From positions 1 through 64,000 of the forward strand of contig CT868051.1 of the NCBI GenBank assembly GCA_000165425.1: 64,000 nucleotides of DNA, given 5' to 3'. The DNA comes from Paramecium tetraurelia. Taxonomy: Eukaryota. The translations under genes were made by a program, and so were the position numbers. The notes below the pieces were generated by a model, which had not been told where the DNA came from, did no database searches, and was given only the letters and a program-made list of their open reading frames with translations. Shown here piece by piece: positions 26,332 through 40,018 of this stretch (positions are counted from its first letter, which is position 1; every line of letters starts with the position of its first letter).

Positions 26332-27629
26332 TCATAAACTGGATAAATTTTAAAAATGAAAACGGGGAGTCAAAATATATCTTGAACTTGCTTCGAAATC
26401 ATTCATAAAGTCAGTTTTGAGAGTTCTAATCATTTTAATGAGTAAGATGTTATTTTTAATGTCCTCGTCATGTGTATGCTACTATTAATGGATCAGATTA
26501 CCAAAGTTGATTCATGTGCATCAATGTATTCTTCATAGATTTAATGAATATTCTCTTGATTTTCTAATTCAGCTTATATTTCTGCTTAATGATCTTGAAT
26601 CTATTATTCCATATCTGCGATCATCTATCCTAATTCTGAAATCTGTTCGTTTAATTTCTCAGTCTTTTCATCAATATGTTCCAACAAGCGTTCATGCAAT
26701 TCTATTCGTTATTATTCAGCATTAAAGAGAACGATGTTAGTGTCTGCTAAGTTTTGTTCCCTGAGAATAAGAGAAATGTATTTACATATTTGCAAGCATG
26801 TCAATAACATAAGTGACATGTTCTAGATTTCCAGTCTATTCTGGAATTTGGGCGAATGACTCTTTAGTTGATAAAGACAAGTACCAATGATTTAACTAAA
26901 GGGATTTTATTCTCCCAATTACTCCTTAGCCTATGATCGTACCTATACGAATTCTTATCGTATGTCCTCGTAACTAACCTCTAATTCATTGTCCTGCTTA
27001 GCAAATTTGGTTTAAGGTGCAAGATCTGGCATTTTGGGTATCAATTACCCAATCAATCCTTTGGATCTGCGAACGATGCCGCTGGACATGGTTATTTCGC
27101 TTCTCCTTCTTTCGAACATGGCAACCTAAATATTGGTTGATATTATTGAACTTCGTTTTCTCGAATTTGGACCAATTCAGAAACGGTATTTTCAGTCACT
27201 TCTAGAATAGCTTACTTTTCATCGATAATCTGTGCAAACTTATTGGTGTAATTGGTTAATAGAGCTATTTTATTTTCCAATGAAGTAACTCTATATTTGG
27301 AATCCTAGAGCATTCTTTGGGTTTCCTCAATGTTTTGAAGTTCTATCAAAAGTAATGATGTGTAATGAACCTGTGTCACATTGTTCTTGGAATTCATCCG
27401 AAGTAAGTGAGGCAACCTTGGCTTCCATGCTATTAAGATAAATTAAGAATTATGTTTGATCATGTCCTAGATAATCTCATTGACTAGTACCTTTTCTGAG
27501 AAAGGCCCTCACATCTTTGATCAGATGCTGGCCAACCTGACCTTCACTTGCGATGTTGTCGATATCATCCTTATTTTAACCGACTTAATAAGCAGCTGCT
27601 AAGTGTAAAATAAAATGTATAAAAATCAT
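26332..27629 (-). CDS. Secreted coiled-coil protein, trichocyst matrix protein (TMP)/granule-lattice-like; 3' end uncertain
   Basis: Signal peptide MIFIHFILHLAAAY; GQHLIKDVRAFLRKG..EFQEQCDTELQNIE..IRENEVQQY; two acidic helical halves; about six short introns. Confidence 0.55.
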
Positions 27630-27638
27630 TAATTATTT

Positions 27639-28579
27639 ATGGAAAAATTATTATAGATTTCATAAGAAGTTAGAGAAGCACTCGAGAAGGGTCAAGCAGT
27701 AGTAGCTTTGGAGTCAACCATAATCACACATGGAATGGAATATCCCACAAATGTTTAGACAGCCTTGGGAGTGGAGGAGGAAATCAGAAACAAAGGAGCT
27801 ATTCCTGCTACGATCATTGTCACACAGGGAATCCTTAGAGTTGGATTAAAGTAAGAGGAGATCGAAGAGATTGGAAAGAATAAACACCACTACTAGAAAT
27901 GTTCAAGGAGAGACCTAGCATAAATAATAGCATAAAAAGGATATGGAAGTACAACTGTGGCAGCAACCATGATGATTGCTCATATGGCTGGAATCAAAGT
28001 ATTTGTTACTGGAGGAATTGGAGGAGTTCATAGAGGAGCTGAACACACTTTTGATATCTCTGCAGATTTGGTTGAATTGGGATAAACTCCAGTTGCTGTT
28101 GTTTGTGCTGGTGCCAAGTCCATTTTAGACATTCCAAAAACCTTAGAGTATTTGGAAACCTAAGGAGTTCCTGTCGTTGGATACAAAACTAAACATTTCC
28201 CCAACTTTTTCACTCCAGATTCAGGTTTGTTCTGCAGTACATCTGTGGATTCCAGTCAGGAGGCCAGTGAGTTAATTAAAGCACAATTTGAGTTGTTGAA
28301 GCTTAAGAATGGAATCCTCTTTTGTGTGCCAGTGCCTTAAGATTAAGCAGCAGATGGTTAGATTGTACAGTAGGCCATTGATAAAGTATTTGTTTACATT
28401 CAAATTAGGCACTCAAAGAGTTGGATGAAAAGAATGTCAATGGTGCTTTGGTTACTCCATTTCTATTGAAGAGAGTCAATGAAATTACTGATGGGATGAG
28501 TTCAAAATCTAATGTTGCTTTAATTAGAAATAATGCAAGAGTAGGAGCTGAGATTGCTATTTAATTGTGTTAAAAATGA
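27639..28579 (+). CDS. psuG: Pseudouridine-5'-phosphate glycosidase (PsuG/IndA family), stand-alone
   Basis: [90 protein letters not shown]. One 23-nt intron 28386-28408. Confidence 0.96.
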
Positions 28580-28591
28580 TTAATAAATAAT

Positions 28592-28988
28592 TCATGAGTA
28601 AAAATCTATTATAATACCCAAATACCAAGTAATTTACAATGTGTAATATGTTAACCACAATGAATCTTATAATTAATACAGTGTCTTGAACTTTGGATAA
28701 TTACTAAAGTGTAGTATTGAAAGTGGCACTAAAGTCAACCAAGCCAACACAGTAGAGAATACACTACTCTAAATTGTGCTCAGACTTAACAATCCTTTAT
28801 ATTTTTTGATTTATACCTGATATCCCATACAAAAAGACTCTTCTACTTGTGTATTCTCCTTTATATTTAAAATTGAAGCACGAACTCAAAAACAAAGTTG
28901 TGTAATGCAATAAAAACATAATTAAAATTGCTATTGCTACTGCCATCCTTTTTGGAATGAAATTTTCATCATCTTTTGAAATACTCAT
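28592..28988 (-). CDS. Small multi-pass membrane protein, unknown function
   Basis: MSISKDDENFIPKRMAVAIAILIMFLLHYTTLFL..., one 22-nt intron, 3-4 hydrophobic segments, ends GIIIDFYS*. Confidence 0.6.
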
Positions 28989-29856
28989 TAATAAGCTTAA
29001 TATTATTAATGGAACAATTTACTTGGCTTGAAATTTGTCTTATACCTAACCATAAGGTCTACTTAACCAAATAGAGTTCTTCAAAAGCCATCTAAATCAA
29101 TTCGTATAAGATTCAAATTTTTATGGAAAAAATTCAAAAAAGTCCTCCATAGTATATAAACCTTTACGTCAAACCTTTAAGATATTCTCCAAAAATAAAA
29201 CTTCTTTGTAGCTCAATAAACTGAATACTATTATTTGCTATCTTCAATATCCACTCTATAATATTTAACAGAGCACCTTTTACATAAAGGAATAACTTAG
29301 AAATATTGAATTCTGTGATCAATCTCTACAATTCTGAATCCAGTTTATCCAATTCATGGAACCTATTTAAATTCTCAATGTGGAGAGTTTAATTGACTTC
29401 TTTATACTTCTAAAATTGAAATACTGATATAACTAAAGCACTTATAAAACTAAACTAAAGCTCTTACAAAATCAAGAAAGAACTTAATAAAATTTGAAGT
29501 AAGAACCCTTAATTACAAATATTTTCGTAAATATAGGTAATTCCAATTGTAAATCCCATTTTTTATACAGAAACACCCTTTCTATAAGTGCAAGTCAAGC
29601 CATGGTAATATATATTGAAAATTTGGTATATCAGTAGAATTGTCTTTCTTCAATCCAAGAACGATTGGAAATATTAATGATATATCAACCCTTCCAATCT
29701 ATCATAGTTCTAATTGAAGATTTAAAGAATTTAAGAACCATATTGCTATGCATATTAGACTAATAATTTATAATAAACCTAAGGGAAAGACCTATTTGTG
29801 CTTTTAAATTATATAAGTGAAAAATGATTATATGATGTTAATATAAAATTAATATT

Positions 29857-30317
29857 TCAAAGTTGATCACGGACTTTTAAGTAAGCTTATAAATCAAAGT
29901 CTGGATCATCAAACTATTCTTTAAAAGTTATATTATACTAATACCTTCTCCCTAAAGGTCTTCTTCCTATCCTTCACTATCACTTGAACTGGAATCTTCT
30001 TCTTCTTCAGGCTAATAATCTTAGTCATAATCCTCTTCATTTTGTTCCTAAGGTTGTTAGAAAAATTATTAAGTATTCATTTGTATTGGGGCCTATTAAA
30101 ATACAAGATTAGGGTTAAATTGGTTTTATTGTGCTATCAAATTCGTTCCTTAATTCCAAAACTAGGGTTGTTAGAATTATTAAAATTAGTTGTTGAAAGG
30201 GTTCATGGTGTTATTGGGAACACTGTAAAAATGTTAAGATTGATCAGGAGTAAAGAGAAATGGATTTTGGAAGCAAGGAGTCGAATTGGCTTGGGAGTTG
30301 TGGTTTTCAAATTCCAT
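29857..30317 (-). CDS. Hypothetical low-complexity protein (Q/N/F/P-rich N-terminus, acidic C-terminus)
   Basis: MEFENHNSQANSTPCFQNPFLF...EEEEDSSSSDSEG...DDPDFDLQAYLKVRDQL*; one 26-nt intron. Confidence 0.7.
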
Positions 30318-31181
30318 AAGCGCGAAATTTTATTAATATTAAAATACAGATAACTTTTAATATATATAAATCTCTAATAATAAACTATTAGATTTACAAC
30401 ATAATTTATACAGTATGCTGGAGAGAAATTACGGGTATATTTTTAATAATAACTCAAAGCAAGATAAAAAGGAATGGAAAAGGATTAAAAAATATTACAA
30501 TATATTTTAGATAGAATATTCTTCAAAAATTAATAAATAATAAAAATGATCTTTTTAGTTAGATATATATTAATGAATTATAGGAATTAATGTATTTTAT
30601 TGGCATCAAATAGAGGGTATACATAAGTTAAATATATGTTTTATGTAGACGAATTGGATTATTTAACATATTTTATAGATAACAAAATAATAATCATTCT
30701 AGAATATCGATGAGATGAATGGGTTAAAAAGATGCTTACAATATTAATATAACTTTATTTCAAATTAATAGTCAAGTGTAAGGATATAAAAAGGTTTTTA
30801 TAATTATTAAATTAAAATTCCTAAAATTGATATCTTAAATTCTATTAGACAAGATAGATAATAAACTTATATAAACTAAATTATACAACTAATAATATAA
30901 AATCTAAGAGCTTTTATCATGATGAAAAATTATAAAAATTAAATCTTATAAAAGTAGACGATCATAAATTCAGTGATATATATAAAGCTCACAATAGTAT
31001 GGGTAAGTTAAATATCAGTATATCTTGAAATAGAGTTAGAACATATTTTAAATCCGTGACCATTTGATAACTTGTTTGTTTCATCAAATTGATATTAATT
31101 TAAAAATAATCATTTTTCTAAATTGCAAACTTTTTGAATACCCTTCAAGAATTTAAATATCATAAATTAAGCTTAAATAAA

Positions 31182-32294
31182 ATGAGAGGGCAGCAAGAAA
31201 ATTATCTTTTCCAAATTAAGCAATTTGATCAAGATCTGCTTTAGATTGATTATAAATGCAATAAGCGGTTATTCTCTTTAAAAGAGAGAGTGAATTCAAA
31301 TAATAATAACACTTCCTTTATCACATAAAATTTAAATTAATCTTATTAAAGAGCTGATTTAAAAATGGAGACCGCCTAAAATCAATTTACTCCAATTACT
31401 CATTTGCAAGTTCAAAGTAAACAGGATTTGGGAATAGAGAGACAGTTTTAAGAAGTGTATTAATCATCATAAGAAAGCAACAAAGAACTATATAATATTA
31501 AATGTATTCATAAAATAAAAAAGGAGAATTAATATTCTTCATAAAAGAAAAGGAAAACCTAAAAACGACCTTTTCAATTAACCAGAATACCCGAATGCTC
31601 AAGAGCAGCCAACATAACCTTGATATTTAGAGAAAGTGAAAAAAGCATGGAACTCAAAGATTACTCTTTGAATTTGATAAATACGTGCTATCAATTAAAG
31701 CAATAGATTCTATGCGAATTATTGCAAAAACAGCTTTTCATAACTCAAAAGATTAAAGGCTATATTGAGTGCTCTAGATTATTAGTAAATGGAAACATAT
31801 TTGAAGATTAGATGTTACTTAATGAAATCAGACATCCTATTTTGATTGAGATATTTTAGTTTAAGACTCCAAATTTCAACCAAGATTATCATTATTAGTT
31901 CAATCATGAGTAAGTATACCAAAATTAGTATGATGGTTTAAGAGTGTAAAATTTATAAATTATGTATAATAATAAGCAAATAAATTGGTCAGGAATTGTT
32001 GATATTTCTCATATTGATTTTGAGGAGATTTTGAAATTAGAAAATGGCTATGAATTATACAATATCAACAAGTTGGGTTATTTTAGGATACCAAATTAAG
32101 GTAAGAAGTTGAATTGCAAAAGAATGGTCAAACTTAATGTTCCTGAGGAATTGCTCATACTGACCACTGATGACAACGGAAATAGGGATAAATCATACTT
32201 GATGAGGAAGTTATCTGAACAATGTAAACTGTTGAATTAAGAGTTTGTTAGTTTAGATAATGAAAGTAGATATTATGAATTCATTGAACAATGA
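31182..32294 (+). CDS. Protein with C-terminal Nup98 autoprotease-like (peptidase S59) domain; start uncertain
   Basis: 370-codon intronless frame. VQNLQI..INWSGIVDISHIDFEEILKLE..YELY..PNQGKKLNCKRMVKL..KLSEQCK..FVSLDNESRYYEFIEQ* follows the Nup98 APD pattern. Confidence 0.65.
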
Positions 32295-32338
32295 TTATTT
32301 TACTTAAAGAGATTAAAAATTGATTAATTTATAAATAT

Positions 32339-33157
32339 TCAGGAATTCGTAGACTTCCTCAAAATGTCCATCATTTTAATTAAGTCTTCAATCTGCTAAT
32401 TCCATAACACTTATTATTCTTTATTTTGAGTGTTTAATTGCTGGATTTAAGTAACCAAGATATCATTATTTTTTCTTAATTGCAAATTCTCCTATTTCAT
32501 CTAATGTATTAAATCCTAATTGATTTGATACTTTGCTAGTGATTCTGAGATTTTCTCAATTTGTATTTGCATCTGCTCCTTCTATTGCTTTAATTTGACC
32601 CTTTGCTTTTCGCTTTCCAAGAGCTTATCCTCTAATTCATTGATAATCTTCTTGCTGAAATCATCTTTAGCATTGCTATTTTTCAGAGTGTAGATTTGTT
32701 ATTCTGCTTGATTCAATTTATTTTGCAGTTCTTCGACCTAGGCTCCAGTATAACCAGACGCACTTAGCGATTATATATTTTCAGCATAATCAACTAAAAT
32801 AGTTTTGATTTATTCATTCAACTGTGACGGTAAGATGTTGCTTTTGAATAGGGTCTAGAATTAGGATGTATAGAAATCAAGTAATTATGAAAAGGTTTGT
32901 GGTTTGAGAAATTTCTTATTGCCTGAGTTTGGTAAAGATTGTTAAGTTTGTTTTTTACCTGACGACTGATTGGACTATTTTAAACTCTTAGTAGTTTGGG
33001 GCTGAGGTGAATTCTTATTGACATTATTTACTCTCTTCTATTCTTAAGAGCTTTCTGAAGATGATGAGTGATTCCTTTCTGGCTTTTTCAATTTCTATTC
33101 GCTGTATCTAGATGCACTCTAGGTTGTCTTCTTCCATTTTTCAATTAATGAATCCAT
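32339..33157 (-). CDS. Hypothetical coiled-coil protein
   Basis: Start and stop in the same frame, MDSLIEKWKK...ILRKSTNS*; Q/E/K-rich heptads. Confidence 0.7.
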
Positions 33158-34905
33158 TAATATTACTTAATAATTTATTATTTAAATTATAACGACGCAT
33201 AAATAAATATATATAATAATAATAGATTGTTTTTTAGAGTGTTCTCATGATCCAAATGCAAATCTAACATTAATAGATTCTTTAAATCTACTTACATATC
33301 TCCTGTGGGCAATTGAATAAAGAGCACTTATTTTTTATTAGTAGATAAATATATGAAACCAAAATTACAATGGTTTTGAGTAAATTGGTTAATCATCCCT
33401 TGAAAATACTCTCCTTTACTTTTCATACAGAAATAACAAAAATATAATAAATTTATGAATTTTTGCCATTCAGTTTTTCCTTGCTTTTATTAAAGTTATA
33501 ACTAATAGAATATTTTATAATGTCCTATTTGTTTGTATTGTTGGAATAGGACAATAATTATATAAAGTTATGGCTAATTAATTACCCCCTGGTGGTTTAA
33601 ATAAGGGCTTGGTTGTATCCTTACAATGTTCCTGTCCCCCTGGTTGTTAGTGTAATTCAAGAGATATTAGAAATTGGCATCATAAAGTCTGTGGTTGCCC
33701 ATCCTTCATTAACGAATTCGGAGATATTTTTTGCAAAAACTTCAAAGACAAGCCAGAATGCTAAGGTTATTTTATCTAGCATGCATAATTTCAGTGTTCT
33801 ATTGCCTAAAGAAATGATACTTGGATCGGTTATAGAAATGCAGCTTAATTTATGATGGCCTTGGCATAAGGAATATAGGCAGCAGAATTTCAACTTAAGA
33901 ACGATAAAAACCTTGTTCATTTTACAGCAACCTTGAATAAGGAAGTATAGAGGAGATGGAATAGTTGAGTTTCTACATCTATATATATATAAACAAATGT
34001 ATTCATTTAAGCCTTCTTTTCGCCAAAAAATTTGTATTTGATCCTTTGATAAGGAAGAACCAAAGGGAGATTAGACTTTAAGTTTAAAATAAATAGAATA
34101 TAATTTATTATTAAATTGGTTACCAAATATAAAATCATTTCTATTTTTAATACCTAAAATACCAGTATCGTAAAAGGAGTCATTATTCTATATTACATCT
34201 TTAGTAAAGTAGCCTTCTTTCATTTTTACCAATTTTAATTCGAACTAATACAGAAAGGAATATCAATTTAGTGTTCTGGTGAATTATATAGAAGTAATTT
34301 TAAGAATTAAAAACCAAACTTAACCAGGGGTATAATCAAAAATAGATCGGTTTCTAAACTTTCTATCCTATTTCTTAAAGTTTTGAGTCAGGCCTTTGTG
34401 AAAAAAGGGTAACCTTGTTATCAACTTAAATGAAAGTTTAATGTATTATAAGAGTATAATTATACTATTCTTATTTGTATAAGTATCTATGTATACATTA
34501 TAACTTGTATATGTTAAAAATATTCAAGTAGTTTTACACTAAAAAATTAAGATTAACTTTATTCTTTTATTATTAATATATATGTATGATATTATTAGAA
34601 AATTAATCATTTTTATTTGATTTGGAAGCATCAAGCTTTAATTAGACAAGGACGTTGACAAATGACTGAGATCTATTGAAAAAACATCCAAAAAAAATAC
34701 ATTATTCTAATTATATCTCTATGTTCAGTCTTTGGTATTTTCAGTTATCATAATAAAATGTTTTTGTCTATTATTGTACCTTGAGTTAATTTAGATAAAT
34801 GTTAATAATCAAATAGATAGGCGTAATTTGGATAAAGAAAAATTATATTTATTTGTTTTGATGATTTTCAGTCTAAAGTATTATTTATATTTATTATTAA
34901 AACAG

Positions 34906-36618
34906 ATGAAGCATCATTACGAAAGTGATGAAGATGATGAGGAGCTGAAAGTAATGGATCTACAAAATGTTAGGTTGGAGACATAATTTAAGGAAGATTC
35001 AGTATAAGTTAGAAAATTGGAGAGGGTTCCTTCGGGTAGGTGTATAAAGTGATAGATCAGAAAAGTGGGGATCAAGTGATGGCAATGAAAGTAGAGGTAG
35101 AGGAGGAAGATTACAGTATGTTGGAGAAGGAAATCAAAGTGTTGATCGAAATGAGGTAGAGAGTAGGATGTTAATTATTAGAAAAAAAACTGGATTCCCT
35201 TAAATAAAGTTTTATGGATAGGAAAAGAGATTTACCTATTGCATAATGACAATGCTAGGAAAGAATTTGGAGTCAGTGGTGAGAAAGTGCGGAGGCAACT
35301 TTGATTTGGGGACATCCTTAAAGATCGCAATTCAAGTAGGTCATCGATACAATATATAGTTAATAGATGATAGATAGAATCGAAACCCTCCACAATTGTC
35401 GTTTCTTGCATAGAGACATCAAACCTGATAATTTTGTACTTGAAGCAGGACCATCACCGAAACTGATTTATTTGATTGATTTTGGACTGTCTAAACACTA
35501 CATAGTAATTAGATGTAACTAACATAGAACTCAAAAGGGGATCACATCCAATATATCAAGAAAGCAGGTTTGATTGGAACAGCCAGATACGCCAGTATCA
35601 GTGCTCATGATGAAATGGAATAAGGAAGGAAGGATGATTTAGAAAGTATCGGCTATGTCTTGATATATTTGGCAAGTGGTACGCTGCCATGGATGAATTT
35701 GCAGATTGAATAGAAGGATTTAAAATATGCTAAAATTCATCATATGAAGAAGACCATCAAGCCTGATGTTTTGTGTGCCAAATTACCAAGAGTATTATAT
35801 ATATTTAAATCATAAGTGTTTCACAAAGTTCATGCAAGATGTCAGAGGCTATGAATTTAAATAATAACCAAATTACTAATTATTGAAGAGTTACTTCTCA
35901 GAGGAATTGGAGTAGATTCAAAAGGAACGGAAGGGATAATTTCAGTATGATTGGGAGAAATTACCCGAGTATTAATAAAAGAAGAAGCACCTTACAGTTC
36001 ATATAATGTAATAAAGTAGCAAAGAGGAAAAGGTGAATTTGATCAAATAGAAGGAACCACCAAGAGTAATTCCTTAGACTTTCGAATAAATCATGCAAGA
36101 TACTAAGAAAAAGAAAAGCACTAAAAAAACAACTAGTCATAAGACAAAGAAGAAAGATCCAATTATGATAAATATAGCAGAACCAGATAGTCCTGCTTAA
36201 ATGCCGTCATTTGGAATATTAAATCTTAAGCCATATCAATAATAAAATTCATTCTTACAAATACCTTAATTAAACTCAAGTGGATTAATAGATTATTTGC
36301 CCTCGTTGAATCCCTCAGTAGCCACATCAAAGATGAACAACTATCATTAGAGTGAAGATGTGGTTAGTGAGGGTAGATTGCCAATTTGGGAATTGGGAGA
36401 TGGTCAAATTCCAGGATTTTAGAAGATGATTGGTTATGTGACCAAAGGAATAAAAAAACCAAATGCTGATTTTTAAAGGAAAACCAGGAAAGCTCATACA
36501 TGTATGCACATATTTCTTATTTTTAGAGATTGATACTATAAAAAAGATGTCGTAAAATTTAGTTCAACCGAAAACAATAAAAGGAGATGATGAGGGGATT
36601 CCTGAGGGATTGGATTGA
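34906..36618 (+). CDS. Casein kinase 1 family Ser/Thr kinase
   Basis: KIGEGSFGQVY, AMKVE, FLHRDIKPDNF, LIDFGLSKHY, LIGTARYASISAH, EQGRKDDLESIGYVLIY, LPWMNL; several short introns. Confidence 0.95.
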
Positions 36619-36671
36619 TTCTATAATATAGAATATAAAATATATATTGATTAAGAATTCCGTATTGTAAT

Positions 36672-37381
36672 TCAACAACATCCATCGTTTTTTGAGTTTG
36701 ATTTCTTAGTGTCCTTAACATCTTTGATTTAGAGACCTTTCTTTTTCTTGCCTTTGCTTTCTTAAGCTTAAACTTTGATTGAGATGCCTAATGTAATCGG
36801 AACAATAATACTTTCGCCTAAAGCTCTAAACAATTCAGTGATGCCTAGCCCTGCTTTGGCCGATGTAAAGAAATGCTTAGCTCCTATCTTTTTACAATAC
36901 TCTTCGACTTCGTTTTTATCAATTTGCATTTAATTCTTCATGTCACATTTATTGCCTGCAACCACGATTGAAATATCCTTGGTTCCAAATTGTCTTAATT
37001 CTTCCACCCATTTTTCGACCTATGAGTTGATTTGAAATGTTCTACTTTGAGAAATGACTCTTTGTAAGTGACATCATAAACAAGAACAGCTCCATAAGCA
37101 TCTCGATAATATACGGTGGTCAGTGCATGAAATATTTCTTGGCCAGCAGTGTCCTTTAGAAATGAAAGATTGACATACCCAGATGGCCAATTTGATGTCC
37201 TTACCACCTCCCAGGTCCACAACTTTATCAAAGTAGGTGGCATTGACAGATGATTCCTAATTCTCATTAAATTGATCCTAGCAATATCTCAAAGTCAAAC
37301 AAGTCTTGCCTACTCTGCCTAAAGATTAAATGAATATGACTGACCCTCTCCAAGCATCACAATCTTTATTGGTGCACTCAT
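36672..37381 (-). CDS. RAB21: Rab GTPase, Rab21-like
   Basis: [55 protein letters not shown]-terminal DGCC prenylation motif. Confidence 0.9.
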
Positions 37382-37407
37382 TCAATTTAATATTTATATA
37401 TATATAA

Positions 37408-39915
37408 TCAAGTACTAAATAGTGGTGTGAGTTTTGCAAATTCCTTATAAAACAAATTTCGCTCCTCCTTCTTCCCTCTCTTCTTCTTGTTGAACTTAGC
37501 CTTCTCATAAAAGAACTTAGTTTCATTCTCGCAAGCATTGAACAATCCATTGATATCTTATAGGATGGTCTAAACAAATGAACTACTCTGACTAATGATA
37601 TCGTAAGTAATGGGACTCACTATTGTCAACTAGAAGTCCTCTTTTTCCAAATAAAAAAATGGACTATTGTTGGTTCATATAAATATACATACTTCTAGTC
37701 AAAGCCCTTGTAGAAGATTCCCATAGAATGAGGGTTGAATTTGGTTCCATAAAACTCTAGAAATTTGTACGTCGCCAATCCAATTGAATGGAATCCACCG
37801 TTTTATTAATAATAGTACTCCAGAAAGGCCACTACAATTAGTACCAAACAGAACGACGAAATTCCACCTTTGGATTAATCATTCAATCCTCTTTTCTTAA
37901 GTAAACTTTTAAATAAAAGTGTAATAGTTTTCAACTCCTAGTATTCTTGAAGCCAAAAGCATGTAAGTTCCGTTGATGTCAATCCCTAATGCTAAATGTG
38001 TCCAAAGAAACTGATATCTACTTAAATCAACTGGGATTGGCACACAAGATCTATGTGAGGCAAATTCATATTCCCATTCCTAAACGGGATACTGGGGTCC
38101 ACCCATAGTTTAATGAGTGGCAGAGTGGTTTGAGTAGGATAGATTGGTCTAACATTAATAAATGGATTACTTAATTCGCTTGATCCAATTCATTTTATAC
38201 AGGAACTCGATTATGACATCCATCTTTTGGTTTAATTGATGCGTCTCCAGACCAGTGATCCCTATGTCAATATCACTATCAGGCAGAGCCAGTCTTGTGG
38301 CACAAGATCCAAACAGACAAACTCCAGCATCCTTAAACAAGAACTAAATTATGAATTGAATTCGATTGAAGACTAACTGTCTAATTGGAAATTGTAAATC
38401 ATTATCCCTCCTGATCTAATCGATAAATTCTTTAATGTCAAGATCTAATTTCTTTATCATTTATTAAAATGCTTGATTCATTAGATTTTCATCTATGGGA
38501 TTTTCGATTAATTCAATTGTTTTAGGTAAAACTAAATTCTTTCTAATTATTTTTTTCTTTTCAGGAGTACTAATATTTTATTCTTATTATAATTATTATT
38601 ATTAATAATCCTATTATTATTATTCTTATTATTATTATTATTAATTTTATTATTTTTCCTCTTAATTTATCACTTTTATTTATTCTTAATTATCAAAATC
38701 ATTCTTACTTATTTCCTCAATCTCCATTTGTTGCCTATTTTCTTATATTTAAGTTTATTGTTCTTATTATTCTAAACTTAATTATTTTTCCTTATTTGAA
38801 GAGGATCCATTAGAATGGTTTGGAGATTTCTACTTTTTCTTCTTTGTCACTACAATCCAATCTTCAGTGTCTTGATTATCGTCAGAAGTAACATCTTAAT
38901 TTTCCTGCTCCTTCTAAACAACAATTGGAAACTTCTCCTACGTCACTTAATGTATCAGTTTCTTTTGCTTATTTTATTTCTTCTTCTTCTTTAATTTTTA
39001 TTGAGATGCTTATTGATGTTACAGATGATGATCATTCTTTGTTAAACATTCCAATTCTTACAAAATGGATTATTTATAGGATTCCCTTATGATTTGTAGA
39101 ACCTACTTTTCACAGAGACTTTAAAGAGTCAAAGCTTGATGTAAAGGCAAGTAGAATATGGATTCGAGTTGATTATCGTTGAACTTACTGAGAAGACTCT
39201 GAATATCAATTTTATGATCCTTAATGAAAGAGGTGTATTGTTAGAGTAGAATATTCTGATCTAGTCGAATGACAGTGGAAACACAATCAGTGACTTTCCT
39301 CCTTATATTGTTGCCGTTGTTGATCCAATATTACAGGACGCATTCATGATTGATGAAATTGATGTGTTTATAATAGAGCAGAGTGACTTACTTTTCAAAC
39401 TCGTTAATTATCCAACTTAGACAGGTCTAGGGTTGAGTAGAATCAAACCAAGGAGCATCTTGAACCTTCAGCTGTTTATTATCTTCAACAATTTTGAGTT
39501 ATTCTGCAAAAGCCTTGCCATTTGAGCAATCCCGTAACAAAGTGATGATTTCATTCATGTCTCCTCTGATACAGATGGTATCGAATATTTCATCTTCATC
39601 CACCAGGGTGAGTTAAGATAATAGTTTCTAAAGATAATGGTGAAGACGTACTTCTTCTAAATTGTTTTTTTGAGTGCATTCCGAGATTTAACATATTTGG
39701 TCAATAGAATCCTTGAATTGAATCGATTGGTTCGATTTCAATTTATAATAGGATTTCTAGACTAATCTGTCATGTAAATACATCTTTAAGATAAATAGGC
39801 TGATAGATCTCTGACCAATGACTAGTTGATTATTCCCATTGTGCTTTCTCACCCTAAACTAATCAATCATGTATATATACCAACTCATGAGACCAGAAAA
39901 ATACGATTATGACAT
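37408..39915 (-). CDS. Non-canonical poly(A)/terminal nucleotidyltransferase (TRF4/PAPD5-like) with long N-terminal extension
   Basis: LFGSCATRLALPDSDIDI, VDISF, HQGLTST, LLKKRGLNDQSKGGISSFCLVLIVVAFL; central Q/K-rich linker. Confidence 0.88.
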
Positions 39916-40018
39916 GATATACTTTGGATATTAATTAACAAATAAAATATTTGCGAAACTTCATAAAATAGTAATGGTTATATAATAAATAAAACTTCAT
40001 CATATGTAAACACATTAA

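Noticed and set aside
29009..29820. Coding-like plus-strand stretch
   Set aside because: Interrupted by TGA with no credible intron solution; possibly a decayed duplicate.
33240..34500. Moderately GC-rich region including track ORFs 33613-33855 and 33657-33920
   Set aside because: Could not build a coherent gene or recognise a family.
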